Origin: Podarcis erhardii
Taxonomy: Eukaryota
Direction: 5' to 3' (one strand)
Assembly: GCA_964252035.1 (NCBI GenBank)
Contig: OZ176200.1
Length of the DNA: 64,000 bases
Shown here: positions 1 to 14,470 of the stretch, in pieces
Layout of the letters: every line of letters begins with the position of its first letter
Position numbering within the stretch: the stretch's first letter is position 1
Translations under genes and position numbers: made by a program
Notes under the pieces: model-generated
What the model saw: the letters and a program-made list of their open reading frames with translations, nothing else
Database searches by the model: none
What the model was told of the DNA's origin: nothing

Positions 1-1205
1 GCAATTTCTTTTCAATTTATTTTCTTTTCAAATTTAACAAGGTATCAGCTGCATTGATTTAGCTCAGTAAGGATGCTATCCAATACATACTTACCTGGGA
101 AAAAGTGAACTTAGTGGGATGAACTTCTGCATAGACAAGCATAGGATTGAACTGTACATTGTTTTTACCATATTTGCTTTACCTTCATATTTTAATGTTT
201 CCCCTCATCATTAGGTATAAAAAATTGCAGATCCGTCTATTACATTAAGCCTTAGGAAAGAATTATAACTACCCATGGAGAATTTGATACTACAGTATTC
301 AGTCAATTTATTTGGCTTTTCTTTTGCATGAGCTCCTAATTTAACTGAATGTTTAAGTGACTGGACTTTTCAAAGGACTATATGCACAAGCAAATGATGC
401 TGGCTAGGTGGAATAGCCACCCATGATTTGAGAACTGCAACTGCAAAACTGTTAGTCATATACGACTATGGTACTCTTCCTCATGAAGGTTGGGTTAAAA
501 TGGATAGGGAATCTAAGGCTTAGAACCCAATTACAGCCCTCCAGGCCTCTCACTATGGCCTTAGGGCTCTCACAAGGCCATTTCCCCCTTGACACCCCAC
601 GCCCCTAACTGGCCATGCTCCATGCCCTCCCCTCAAGTGTTTTGTCTAGCTTGAATGTGTCCAATGTTACATCTGAACACCAACTCCCACCTGCGCCATC
701 TGGAATGTGTTTTAAAATCTTCTGCGGTATAAATATTATCATGCCCTGGAATAGAGAATTCAGGTGCTGAATCCTACTAGCCATGTAGGCAAGATAAACA
801 AGAGTTGAGGTATCGGCTTACTTGGGGAAACCCTGAGATATGCAGAACCAAAAAAATCTTTAGAGAAACAAACCTAAAGGGGCATGCTCCCTTGAATAGC
901 CTAAATATGACTGAACATGCTCAGTGACCAAAGATTTTTCTGTTTGGATTGGCTTCTTTGTCAACTACTGATGCTCTTATGCTGTGGTCATTAGTGTTTA
1001 TTTTCTACCAGAAGGGATTTTATTGCAATTACAAAATTGTGATTTTATTTCCTTACTGCCATATTAGATTGTTGTGTATTTATGTGGTGCTTGTTTCAAT
1101 GTTTCTGTAAACTGTTTTGAATAATATTCCACAAGATAATGTGGGATATAAATTATTGAAATTATCAAGTAACAATGGTTACTTAAGTAGATAATTTCCA
1201 GGAAC

Positions 1206-1298
1206 GTTTCCTGCTTGGCAGGGGGTTGTTTCCTGCTTGGCAGGGGGTTGGACTCGATGGCCCTTGTGGTCTCATCCAACTCTATGATTCTATGATTC
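1206..1298 (+). mobile_element. 5'-truncated CR1 LINE 3' end
   Basis: GGGGGTTGGACTCGATGGCCCTTGTGGTCTCATCCAACTCTATGATTCTATGATTC is the typical CR1 3' terminus with an (ATTCTATG)n tail. Confidence 0.8.
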
Positions 1299-1594
1299 AA
1301 TCATGCCGTTCTGCATTTTCCATAGGCTCAAGTCACCCTCACTTTTGGGTCATTAGCAGCAGCTTCTTCCTGCCTGTTGTGCAACCTCAGTCACTGCTAC
1401 TAATACATAGCTCAGTGAGAGGCAAACACATGCAACAGATAAATTATGGGTTGAGCCATTCATACCAGAGACAGGGACTCCTGTCCTTCCTGCCACCTTT
1501 CATTTGGTGGATGAACACACTGGTGCACCATTACGGCTACACTAAAATCCTAGTTTCCCCCATTATTTTTTTATGGGTAGTTCTCACTTGAGCT

Positions 1595-1712
1595 GCTGTG
1601 CTCATGTCCAGTTGCAGGTTTCCCACAGGCATCTTGTCAGCCACTGTAAGAACAGGAAGCTGGACTAGATGGGCCACTGGTCTGATCCAGTATGCTTGTC
1701 TTTATGTTTTTA
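1595..1712 (+). mobile_element. CR1-type LINE 3' remnant
   Basis: GGAAGCTGGACTAGATGGGCCACTGGTCTGATCCAG followed by a degenerate TTTATGTT tail resembles squamate CR1-like 3' ends. Boundaries approximate. Confidence 0.55.
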
Positions 1713-2189
1713 AAGAGCTCACATCTCCAGGCAAGACAAATACACTCCCCCCCCCATTCAAATATAAGTAATGGGCCTTGACTTGCACAAAATAAACAGC
1801 CCCCCCTATAACCTCATCACTTAAAAAATAATAATCTGTATTTATTTAGCTGGACATCCATGACTGAAGTCCCATGCCATGAAATCCTATACATTTATGC
1901 TCAGATGCAGGACTGGGTTCAACTGAGTTTTTACTTCTAGGCAAATGGGTACATCATTGCAGCCTTAATCGGTCCTTTGTTTTATCCATAATGAACAGCT
2001 CAACTGCCCATAATTTACCTGCATGGGAAAAGCGCACATACAAATAAAGGAAAGAGGGGGAAGTTTCTTCTTATATACCGCACCCGTCCCCTGAAAACTG
2101 CCTAACACAGCACCACTGGGGAAAGAGTGCTGAAAGGACTGCCGCCTTAATGGACCCAAGCAAAGGCTGCCATCCTATGCGCATGCTGC

Positions 2190-3010
2190 CTCAGAAGCAC
2201 GACTGAACTCCGCGGGGCTTCCGAGTAAACAGGGCACAAGGTTCGGGGCTGCACGACCCACTTAGGTATGCAGCCCTGAGTTCCCCAGTAAAATGAACTA
2301 AATGAGTCTGGCGTTTACTGTATAAGCCTGGCAACCAGGCAACGTAGCCCCTGCTTTCTTGCCGGGCTTCGAGCAGCGCCTCACCTTCCTCAGCGCCTGC
2401 CAGAAATGCCAAGACATGGAACACGGCGGCCGAACCCCGCCCAGCTGAGGGGTGGAGTCGAATCCAGGGGCGGGAGCAGAACCCGCCTACGTTCAAGGCT
2501 GANNNNNNNNNNNNNNNNNNNNNNNNNNNNNNNNNNNNNNNNNNNNNNNNNNNNNNNNNNNNNNNNNNNNNNNNNNNNNNNNNNNNNNNNNNNNNNNNNN
2601 NNNNNNNNNNNNNNNNNNNNNNNNNNNNNNNNNNNNNNNNNNNNNNNNNNNNNNNNNNNNNNNNNNNNNNNNNNNNNNNNNNNNNNNNNNNNNNNNNNNN
2701 NNAGCAAGGAGGGGGAGAGAGAAAGAAAAGAGATCGTGCATACCTTGCCCCACCAGCCCGGCCACTCGAGAAGACCCATTTGCCCACATCGGATCACCAT
2801 GGTTATCAAAAAGCATCGCTTCACCTGCTTCGTCCATTTTTGAGACCTCCTCTTGCACCGCCGCTTCGGGAAAGCTCGCTCCCAAGCCTCTTTCGATCGT
2901 CGTTGTGTTTAAAGATTTGGTTTTTTACAACAGTGAAGAAAGTAATTTTTCTGCGCTTCTCTACTACCCTCCACTCACTCCACCCTCCAAAATAGCTGGA
3001 AGCCGCATTG
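2190..3010 (+). promoter_or_regulatory. CpG-rich putative ACVR2A promoter / first-exon region
   Basis: The only extended CpG-rich stretch upstream of the ATG. GC boxes CCCCGCCC (2435-2442) and GGGGCGGGAG (2467-2476). Interrupted by the N gap. Confidence 0.7.
2503..2702. other. Assembly gap (200 N)
   Basis: Run of exactly 200 N, which looks like a fixed-size scaffolding gap; true length unknown. Confidence 0.99.
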
Positions 3011-3915
3011 CCCTCCCTCTTCCCTCCACCACTTTTGTGTGGTTTTTAAACCCCGAATATAAGGATATTTTAAGCATTAACTGGGGGAGGGAGTCATATG
3101 GACTGGGGGAGTTTCCTTAAGGCTTTTATTTTTTTTCCTTCGAAGGCAAATCGAGTGTCAAATTATACCATCTACTCCTCTTGAGCGGGCATGGACAAAA
3201 GACTGTAAAAAGTGGAAAGTGGAAATGAGAATACACTAGGTAAAGAAAGATCAGAGAGACATTTGTGGTGCTGTGGAGGACAGATAAGCTCTGGTTTCTG
3301 CACTGTCCGTGTTATTTGGACTCCACATTATTGATAGGAAACATCAGTGTTTCAAAATTCCTTTTTTTTATTAATGGATTAATTTACTATTGCCCATTCC
3401 GTTGAAAACAGGTTTGTGCTGACACTTGAAACTAATGTGGAACTATTTCTCACCCAGACACTACATACTGTTAAAGAGGCGTGAAGAAGAAAGTATTGTT
3501 TACTAATATCTGTGCGACTTGCCTGATTCCAGTACTCCTGGGGGATATTTTACAGATTTTAAAGTGAAGAAAACAATGCTCCAAGGCAATTTGCTTAGTA
3601 GTCGGTCAATTGCTTTACTATTGACCTTTTAAACTGGGTCCTTAATATGTTCTTATGAATTGAATTTTGCCACTGTTTGTACAGAAGCCAAATGACGTGT
3701 ATGTTCCTAAATACATACATCCCTTTACTGGAGGATCTACTAAGGAAGACCTATATACACTAGTATTGAAATCTGATTTTACTCTTATGGACACTACTTT
3801 CCAAATATGTTCTTACAGAAAATTTTAATAAAGTGAAAGAGGGATTTTCATATTTGGAGGACCTGGAAAGCTGGATATATAGAATAACTTCATATCATTT
3901 CTAACTATTTGGAAA

Positions 3916-3970
3916 ATGGGAGCTGCTACAAAGTTGGTGTTTGCTGTTTTTCTTATCTCTTGTTCTTCAG
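3916..3970 (+). CDS. ACVR2A: ACVR2A coding exon 1 (signal peptide)
   Basis: gaaaATGG Kozak context; MGAATKLVFAVFLISCSS(G); donor CAG|gtaagt. Confidence 0.97.
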
Positions 3971-6900
3971 GTAAGTGTACAGTATATAGTTTTCTTCTCA
4001 ACTTAGCTTTCAGTATTCTAATATCCTTAACATTACCTTGCATTATCATTTGTTAAATTAAAATGTGGATTAATTTTTTTTGTACTTTTTTGTCAACAGC
4101 AGTGACACTACAGTGTGTGTGTTGTTTAGAATACCACAACTGTGCTTTACTGCTACTGATGTTTTACAGACTACCAGTGCGCAAGCTAATAATTTGTAGT
4201 GTTAGCCATTCCTTCATGTTTGTCAGCATTATAGTAACTTAACAGTAACTTGGTTTTAATATTCACAGCTTTCTCTTTTGAAAATTTATTAGTAGCTTCT
4301 TAAACAAATATGAAAAATATAGAATTGGAAAGTTGTGATGAATGGTCTTAGATGAGAGGTATAAACTTTAAAATACTTTTCACACAGTAGGTTTTAGGTT
4401 TTCTTAATCCTTTAATATCCACCTAGTAAGTAGTGTGTGCTAAAGTAAATGGTAAACCTCAACTTCTTCAACAAAATCTTTTCATTATAATAAATAGGTT
4501 TGAACAGGTTTTGCTCATAGGAACAATGCATTACTGGGTAGCAAGCAGTGGTTGAAAGAATTGCTTCATGCACAGCACTTTGACTAGTTAGTAATGGATT
4601 GGATGGCTATTCTTGGTTTTCCCTTACTAAATGTGCATGCTATAGTTGTACATTAGTTTCCTAGGTGCATGCATTCAGTGTTGAAAAGAGAAATAGATTT
4701 TATAATTGACATATTTGGTTATGATTTTACTTTGATTTACATTGTTATCTAGCTCTTGCTCTCCAGCAGTTTTGTAATGTGTGTGAGTTTTTGCTGAATG
4801 GTACACTTTCTTGTGGTTATTAAATGGATACAGTCTAGTCTTGTGTCTGTAATGTTATTGATCTGTTCCGTGTGGGCTGACTGTGCTGTGAAATGGCGAT
4901 CAGTGCTAGAGACTGAAGAGATTGTGAATTTTATGTAAAGGCAAAATAGCTAAATGAATAACACAAGTTTGGCATAAACTGTTACATCAAATGAAAAGTT
5001 ACAATACATTTTAAAGAAGTGATTCCCTTATTGGGTAAACTGTGTTGTAAATATTTCTGAAATTCTATATGAAAATGTTGCTTAGAATATTCCGTTTCTT
5101 AACATTTTGCTTATAGATACAATACTTCAGATAGAATCTGTTTACATTTTCATGCTCCAGTTTGCATTTTATCAGCTATAATAAAGGTCTGCTTTTTTCT
5201 CTTCTATAAATCGTTTAGCATCATTCCAAAGGGGAAGCACAGGATGCTCTTAGATAACCTCACATTTTGAACTGATTCTGCTTACCTTTACCTGAAAGCA
5301 GGTTCTAGATTCTTGGTTGCTTAGTGTTTCAGACCTACCTAAGTCAGAGAAACATTTGATTCAAAAGGCCATCCACTCAGTGCTCTCTAAGTGACTTTAG
5401 TTCATAGAATACTGTACATAGCAGTTACCATGCAGAAAAATGGTATTTTTGGAAGGCATTTCTAAAAGATGTATGCAGGGTATAAGCTATGTACCTAGCA
5501 GCTCACATTAATGCACTCATTTTAAAGCAAGAAGTGCAACAGATTTAACTTCTGTAACTGAAATTATGGATGTGTCTTGCACTCTAGAAAAACATTTAGA
5601 CTGGCCATTTAAATATGCTTACAACACAGTGGACTATGTTTTTCATGTTTGTTTTTCTATGAAGGATAGGCATGAGTGAATATAATTTACTGAAACACAA
5701 AGTTGGGGAAACTATTGAATATTACTAAAAAGCCACTACATCTGAATGGATGGCCTACTCTGCCTTTTTGCTATCTTCAAACATATTGACTAGTGTTGCC
5801 CAAAACACTTGGTCCTTTAATGCTGGGGCTTTTAATTTCTCTTGTAAGGACATAGGTTGTAGAAATTGATACTGGTATACTTTCATATATTTGTAACCCC
5901 TCCCTGTTGGATATGGTGCTGTTCTCTGAAGAAATAATTTACTCTCTTTTAATAAATATAGTTAATATGGAATGGTTTCTTCTTTTGCACCAAATGAAAA
6001 GTTGCATTTAAAATGTAATTAAAGAAGTGGTGGAAAGTTATTTTCTTGAAACATACTGTGGTTTACTTCTGAGTAAATGCAATTTTGAGAATGCAAAGGG
6101 GTGAGCTTACAACCTCATCTTCTTAAGAATACAGTAATTACCCAATGTAAAACCAGTGGCCTTCTCTTTTACATTCTGTAGAATGTTTAATGCAGTTTAA
6201 ATCTGTTTTAAAACATATCCACAGAGTTGAGAAAGTAGTAAAAGTATATAGGCATCTCATGCCTCCATAGAAGAGACATCTCTGGAAAATTAATGTTGAG
6301 AGAATGACTTTAGCAATCTTAGCCTCTTAGCTAGTAACAGTGTTAGTAATGATGTGGAAGAGTGCCTTATCTTGTAATTGAAGTGGTGTGAATATCTGTA
6401 AATTCATTCAGGAGTTTTAGGTATGTTGCAGCAGCAGCTCTACTGCCATACAAATATATGGTGAAAAATTACAAAATCTGGCCCCAAATGCATGTTTGAG
6501 TCCTGGGTCTGAAAAGGTTAGGACTACGGTGTGTGCTTATTGTAGACTGCATTTTTACAAGGCATTTGTACTATGTGCCTAGTCCAAATTTTGAAGGAGG
6601 CAAAACTTTAAAATAGTTTTCTAGGTTTGTTGTTGTTTAACAGAAGGTCACTTATAAGAGCTTTAGTCTTCCTGTTTTGTAGGTTACCCATCACCAGGAC
6701 ATGTAACCAGTTTACACATACATCCAGTTACAGACAGTTTACACATGTAAGCTTCAACAAAGAAAGTCTCCTGGTATACACACCATGCTAATTCTACTTA
6801 AGACTTGGTATGAATCTGTGGGCTCTCGTGAGATTGTGAGCACTTAGCTTCTTTCTGGTTGTTCTGCTGCTGTTATAAGCTATGGTTTGGCTTAGTGTGC

Positions 6901-9312
6901 CTCCTGAGCCTGGTTTAGCTAGCTCACTCTTTAGCTTTCATGGACAAACCACAAGCTGTAAATCCTAGTGCAAACCGTGGTTACAGTTCCTAGTTGGTTT
7001 GGAGAGACCTAACCACGAGTCTGGATTAAGTTGACACTAAGCCAAATCTTAGCTCAGCTCAGCAGCAGAAACTGAATGACCAGGGATGCACATAGTATCT
7101 GTGAATTCCTTTACAGAAGCTTGCTTGTTTTTAGTAAACCATGGTTTGATTTAGAGTGACATGCAACCCCAGCCAGTGATGAGGCAAGTTCTTGAGAATA
7201 CCTTTTGTCTAGAGAGGATGCAAGATGAAGTTAGGGAGAAATTGCTTTCTTCTACTGTATTGCATAGTCTTAATACACAGTGTATATATATTTTAAAGAA
7301 TATGTTTTTCCCCCATGTACAGTATTACAGAAATTTGAATTTTAAAACACATCTTTAGAGTCAAGCTACAGCCAAAGAAAATGAGTCAAGATATTTAATT
7401 AAAATATAGAAAATGAAGCAGCTTGCCTTTTCCATACCTTAAAAATAATTAAGGTATCAACAGTGATATAGCATAAATGTGGTTATCATTAAATTGTTTC
7501 TATAAGCATACTCGTGTAACTCTCTATTACTAGTAGATTATCATAAAAAATTATAGCTATTTAGTTCAAGCACTGGCTAATGTGCATCTAATAAAACTGA
7601 ACTGTTATGTATATCAAGGAAGAGTAAATAGTACAGTTTTGATAATACTCCACAATCCCAGTCAAATATCACAAAACATTTGGTAGTTCTCAAATATAAT
7701 AACCAATTGTTGCCTAATGCAGCACTTGTATACTGAAAGTATTTTTGTAAATTGTTGTTTTTATAATAGTGCTCAAAGTACACAGGTTTTATAGTTGCTG
7801 CTGAACTGTCAAACCTTGAGTGTTCATCACTGGTGTAACTTTTGCTCTTTTGTGTCTGTCAACAAACACTGAAGTTTTGGTTTTTTTATGAGGTTACTGC
7901 ATGGCTATACTGCAGCTGTAAGGGAAACCACCATGATATGAGATTTGTTTTAACAGCTTTGGGATTCAGATTTCAGCTTGTTTAAATTGCTTGAGTAACT
8001 GAAACAATTGTCCTTGTTCATTATGCTTGCTAAACAATTCTAACTAAAAATGTAACCTAAGGTACTAGAAATAGGGGCTATGTGGCAGATGTCTAGTAGT
8101 CCACATTTCTATGTTATACTTTCAGTTGTCATGGTTTCTGGGAAAACTGCAAATTAAGCTTTGGTATAAAGAATTACCCTAGGAAGGAATCGGTAGTTCT
8201 CCAAGGAAGCTCAAGATCTTCACAGATCCCTCACTGTTTACTGGTACCATCAAAGACATAAAATATGCTAGTCCTGGGTGGAATATATAGGAAGCTACCG
8301 GTACATGTTCTGTCTCATGTGCTGATTGCCATTCCCAATAGTTTACTGGGGCTCTTCATAAATTTGACAAGTTTGCCTCCGTAAGGTCCACCTCCCAGGG
8401 AATTGCTAGGCATTGCAGCATTATTTGGTTGTAAACATCAAACAGTTCCTATTCTTGGTGCAGAGTGCAAGCCAAACCACTGACCCACTGTTAATGTGAG
8501 CTTGGATACAACAGAGAGTTTGGGTGCAACTTTAGCAGACTTCACTGGCAGGGAGCTCCTGCCACCATTGAAGTCCCCATTGTGGTGTCCATGCCAGTTG
8601 CAGCCAACACACCTTCCCCCTCAAGTTGGGTGTTTCTGGGGGTAAGAGGGGATAGAGCTGAACCAGCCAGGGACCTGCTGGATCCTATGCTTGTCTTCCT
8701 ACTGGTGGTGGGCCCTATCTAGGCCTCTTTGTTGTACCAAACTGGAGCTGGCTCAAAATGAGCAGCATTAGTCACTTCCTCACCGTCCACCTGGCTGCTG
8801 GTATGAGGTGCAGAGTTGGGCTGCTTTGATGGCAATGTTGCTCCATTCAGTGCCACTGTTACTGGCTGGGGGTTAGGATTGCTCTTTTAAGCTGATACAT
8901 TTTGGGCACTTACCGGTAGCTGACAGTAAGCCACATTGAATACTGTGGGGTTATTTCTGAGTAAGTGTGTGTAGAATTGCACTGTTTTAGTGAAGTTTAC
9001 TATGACAATAATTTACAATACCTTTTTTGTGGTACTGTAACTTAGTGACTCCAAAATAGCAAGACAGATATTAAAAAAGCCAAACTTGCTGTGCTTTCAA
9101 CTATGATTTGAACCAATCTAATTTTTGAAGGTGTTGAGCAGTTGGGTTGAATAGCATAATACTTGCATAGAATAAACACTAATTTCTCAAACTTACTAAA
9201 TGAAAATTACAAATTCTCTTACCGTTTTCTTTTTAACACTGAGCAATTACAGTTATAATTATCAATCTTAAATATAAATTTTAGGAGGTTAATTTATACT
9301 GACTTTATAGAT

Positions 9313-9452
9313 CAGCCTTCCCCAACCTTCTGTCATTCAGATGTATCAGACTCCAGCTTGTGCATCAGCCTCAGCCAGCTTAGCCAAAATGTGCAGAGAT
9401 GATGGGAGCTGCAATCATAAACATCCAGAGGGTCCAAGGTTGGGGAAGGCTG
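9313..9452. mobile_element. hAT-like MITE
   Basis: Inverted termini CAGCCTTCCCAACC...GGTTGGGGAAGGCTG around a common squamate core; target-site duplication not preserved. Confidence 0.55.
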
Positions 9453-12400
9453 TTCCAAATTATCATAACTATATAAATTAATGAAAGTACTTTAGCTTAT
9501 GCTATTTCATTTATGGCTTTATGTCTTAATGGAGTCTACATGAGACATATATAATGGCAAAAAGTACAGTATGCCTGTATTATTGTTTCAGAAGTACAAG
9601 GTTGAATTTTAACTTTGACCATGCTGCAGTAGAAACTTCAGCCACTATTAATTCCTCTTTATATTTCTCATTCAGAGTAATTAAAGTTTTCTTCTTTTTG
9701 GAGTTTTGGAGTTATTTAAACACTTCAGGAATATGTATATATCTCACATAGGCCATGTACAGTCATACCTCATTTTAAGTGTGCCCCATTTAGGGTCCAT
9801 TTCATCAAACGTCTGCAGCAAACCCGGAAGTACCAGAACGGGTTACTTCTGGGTTTGCCGCACACACAGAAGCGCTAAATTGCACTTTGTGCATGCTCAG
9901 AGCAGCACTTTGTTGAGTGTCCCTTTCGTCCAGCATCCAGGGCTCCAGAACGGATCCCAGACGCAAAAGGAGGTATGACTGTACTTAGAAATGAGAAATT
10001 CACTTCTCTTTTGTTTTAGCACCCATCAGAGAAAGCTATTATAGTCACTAGTGCTTCTGAGAACCAGAGTATCCAGACATGAGCCTGCAGTTTGCAGCAA
10101 ATATTGCTGACAGTGCACAACTTTTGGAGCACTGCTTGGTAATGTTTTGGTATTCAGTCCTACATCTTAGTATTTCATTGCATTTGTATACCACCCATCC
10201 TACTAAGTTGTCTAGGAAGTTTACAGAAAAAATAGAAAACAATTAACAATAGAAATCTAAAATAGCTAAAGCAATTTAAAAGCAGATGGTATTAAAGAAA
10301 TCTTGCTTTTAATCACTTTTAAATATCCATTGAAACTCTTCCAAATAGTGTGTGGGGAGGGTCATCTTCAGCTTGATTCCAAGGCGGGGTTTTGAAGAAA
10401 TCTTGGCGTATTATGACCACTCTTAAAACACTTTGCAGATAAATTGCATCTGTTTTGACATGGTATCTACTCATACAGAGTTGGAGCTTACTGTATCTTT
10501 TATTCCTTTCTTACAAGTCTTCTTTAAAAAAAAAAAAAAGATTCTTACCAGTTTATGTAGCCTAAGGTTATGGAAAGGATCTTGGAGAAGTGTGACTTAG
10601 TACTTGTACGTTAAACTTTCCCTTCCTGGCTCGTGAGAGGGATTATTATTGCATTGCTGAATGACATTAGGCTCCCCATTGCACAACCAACATGCTTTGA
10701 GTTGCTTTGTAAATAATCAATTACCAGACTAGGAAGATTTTTGCCCAGTTTCATATGTTCCCTACTTGAGGAAGCTGCCTTAGTATGTTACAGTGTCCTA
10801 GCTCTAGGTCTTCCTGGATGATAGTAATAATAAAAAACCCTTTAAGGTGTTATGATTATGCTACTGCAACTGGGTGTCCAGAATGCAGCAATAACCTTTT
10901 TATCAATTTTGGCTGCCTCACTCGTAGTTACCTTTCTGGATTCATGCCTTGATAACATCCCTATAAGACAATTGTAAAATACTGTTCATGGGGCTGCTGT
11001 GATAATTTGCATATTACTTTGGTATTATACTATTTGCATTGATTACCACTTTGTTTCTGGCCAAATTAATAGTGCTGGTGTTGACCTTTTTAAGGCCCTA
11101 AACAGACTGGGAAGCAAATTATATTGAGGACAGAGTCCACTCACATCACGTATCTCAATGCTTAGGTCAAAGCTAGAAATCCCTTTTTTGTGTGTGACCC
11201 AATATACAATGTGGAGGCAGACGGTTTAGGTGTTTCTTGATCGTGAAACTGCATTTGTTGACAGGCCCAAAGGGGTCCACCTGGCACCATTTGGACTTCT
11301 GTCAAGTATTAGAAATGTGGTTCATTTTAGGGTATTTGAGGGAATACCTTTTACATTTAGTTCGAATTCTGCTTGTCTCGGTGTCTCACTTTTGTGTTGA
11401 TCATCCTGTTTAACTTGTTTGTTTACTGTGTTAGCAAACCTTAGTTCCTTTTCTAAAGACAAGTTTGGGATATACAAGTATTGTTAGCCTCTTGTGCTTT
11501 TAGTAAAGTTTTGTGGGGAGGGAACCCTAAGCTGTACAGGGTGGGTAAAACAATTTTTTTAAAGACATTTTTTATTTAGAATGTTTTAAAATTAATTTCC
11601 CCCTAAAAATGAATCTTTGTTTAGATCATATATGAATGCAATCTGTCTTGTCAGATGTTTAACTGTCTATTAAATACAAGTTAAAGGCTGCTTGTTCTGC
11701 TTAAATATTTATTAACTTGCATCATTTATTTCAAGAAACAAATATTTCCAGTGCGGCTTGCATGTAATACTAAAATACATTTTTTAAAACTGCAGTTGGC
11801 AGTACCAGTGTAAATAAGTCAACAAAAGCTTGCATTGTTTTACCAAGCCTACTTGGAATTGGGAGAAGAGTGGTTTTGTGCTTGGCATGGAAGAGATGAA
11901 TTCCTTCCTATACCTATGTGCTTACTTTCCATGCTGGACATGGAGGAGGGAGTGAGCTCTCCATTTGCCCTTTGCCAGCCTGCTCACTAGTCTGCATGGA
12001 AGTCCATGCACCTGCCTTAATGCAATTCCTAGATGTCTATGGTTGCCAGGCTAACGCTTAAATAAAAGGCTCATCATGTTAATATACTTTAAAGCTCATT
12101 GGGATCTCTTCCCACAGGGAAGGTGGTAGATGGCTGTGGGAGATGGAGGGAGAAAAGCCCAGCTAGAGTGGATTGGTGTTGAGTAAGGCAAAGTAAAATT
12201 AAGGAAAAGTTCAGCAGGAGCAGGCTCTGCAGCCATCTTCACCTCTTCCCTTGCATCTCTCAGTGCCCACAAGAGCTGTCTCTTTTTGATCAACTATTAT
12301 AAATAACCATACCCTCTTTGAAGTGGAAGGTGACCAGTTGCACTCTGGTGAAAGTCATGAGCAGAATGCTATTCTCCTTTCCTGCTTGGAGTTGGGAGAG

Positions 12401-14189
12401 GGCGGTGGGTAGCTTAATGAAAACATTGGCACAGTGGTCTGGCTCACAATAAACCATAGCTTCTGCTTAAAAACCTGTGCTTTGTTTCCCAGCTGCTGCA
12501 CTGGGGAGGAAACAAACCAGAGCCTGCCTTGCTGCATGTGAACCTAGGCTTGTGGTTTGTTTCTGCCAAACAAACTATCAGCACTAAGCCAAGAAGAAAT
12601 ATTGTCTACTCCTCGTGGTTTGAAGAAAAACAAACCAGGGGTAGAATTCAGCTAACCTGTTGTACTTCAGTGATTACCTCTGGCACAATGGGACTCTCCA
12701 CTCCATCATGTATGTCCTGCACTATACCCACATCTGCTCTGTATGGTTGGGAGAACCCCAGAGTAGGTTTAGGAGGCATGTAGGGAGAGGAGAGCAGAAG
12801 AAGATTCTGTCAAGCCAGGAGAAACCTTGTACTTACAGAATCTTTGCCTTAGTATAGCAGGAGTGGCAGAGGAGCTGAGTGCAGACTTTTGAGCAGTTCA
12901 CCAACATGCTAACTCATACATATGAAACCATTTTAAAAACTATGGTTTAATATATGGTCTGAACCACACCAAAGTAACAAGGCAAATTCAGCTAGAAGCA
13001 GTGCATTCAATGTCATGGCACCAGGTTTATGGAACTCCTTGCCTAGTGAAATTAGGCAGGTATCATCTGTGTTTTTGGCTCCAGGTGTTTTAGGCAGCAG
13101 TTTAAAACTTGTTCTACCAAGCATTTTCCTGAATGTGACCCATACTGTATGCTTTATGAACTTACATGGCTTACACGGTATTTTGTTTTCATAGTGCTTT
13201 GTTTTATTTTGTATTTGCCCTAATGCATTGTATTCTGTACACAATATAGTTTTATATGATCACAAAGTATAAACATATAATGAATGAATAAAATAAGCTT
13301 GTGACCTGCAGGAAAGGGTTTGAAAATAAAACCCACTAATATCTTAATGACGTTATACATTTGGAATACTGGGTTGCCCTTTGATTTCTGTGGGATGCTA
13401 ATTGCAAATAATCTATTAGGCATACTTGGGAGTTTCAGAGTTAAAATAAACTTGATTACCACTTGCAAGTATGTGAGGAATCCATATGTCATTGATTTGT
13501 ATTTGTAACTGGAGTCAGGAGTAATAAAACAGTGCATACAAAACTTTTAGATCAGTTTATCAGGAATGATTATCATACAGGTTTTTAATGGATTTACAAA
13601 TTGTACTGTTTGTTTTACGCCTTGGACATATTTAGAGAAACAACACCTATAACTAACTAACTAAATAATCAAGCCAGTAATCAAGTAAAACAATTGAATT
13701 AATCTCTTTGCTGTGCATGTCAGATCAATACAAAAGGTAATATTCTTATTTATTGAATGTGAGGCTGCAAGCTAAAGCGAAACTTACTAACTTTTATTTT
13801 ACTTGCTGCAAACACAGACTTCAGGGTGGTGTCTTGTTTCATTTCTGGAGCTGGGGAATTTGGAAGTGTTTGTTTAAAATCTGTTTTGGTAGTGCATTTG
13901 ATTACTCTGAATCATAATATTGCCTAAACAGAAAAAAGTCACTAGCATTTGGCATAATTTCTAATGAAACTACTGAAGGGAAGAGGTAGATTTAATTGCA
14001 GGCAGGAGTATGCTAACAATGCAGCATGAATGAGGAAACATTTAAGAACATGTAGAAACTGTCCCAACAGGAGTATTTTTTTAGCCTTGTTTGCTAGTAA
14101 GAAACATGTTAAGTTATAAAACTTTCAGTTTGCTTTACACAATGTGTTGTGATGCAAACCATCCAGAAAACCCATCTTGCTACATAGTT

Positions 14190-14470
14190 CATAGTGATAC
14201 TGTGGAATTCCCTACTGCAAGATGTAATGATGACCACAAACTTAAGACAGTGGAATTAGACAAATACATGGAGGATAAGCTTCTCACTGGTAACTTGTGA
14301 TGATGACTATACTACTTCTAGGGCTGGAGCTGGCATACCTTTGTATGCTGGAGAGTGCTAGCATGCTGATGTCCTGCTTATAGGCTTCCCATAGCCATGT
14401 ATTTGAAATTGGCTAGTCCTTAGCTAGGTAGACCATTATTCTAATTCAGCAGGGCTCCTTTCTGTTCTTA
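14190..14470 (+). mobile_element. Degraded CR1 3' region
   Basis: GGAATTAGACAAATACATGGAGGATAAG and a terminal CAGCAGGGCTCCTTCTGTTCTTA resemble CR1 3' sequence. Boundaries approximate. Confidence 0.55.

Noticed and set aside
2191-2885. Long ORFs of 130-198 aa on both strands
   Set aside because: They stay open only because they run through the 200-N gap and a GC-rich promoter region; no recognisable protein.
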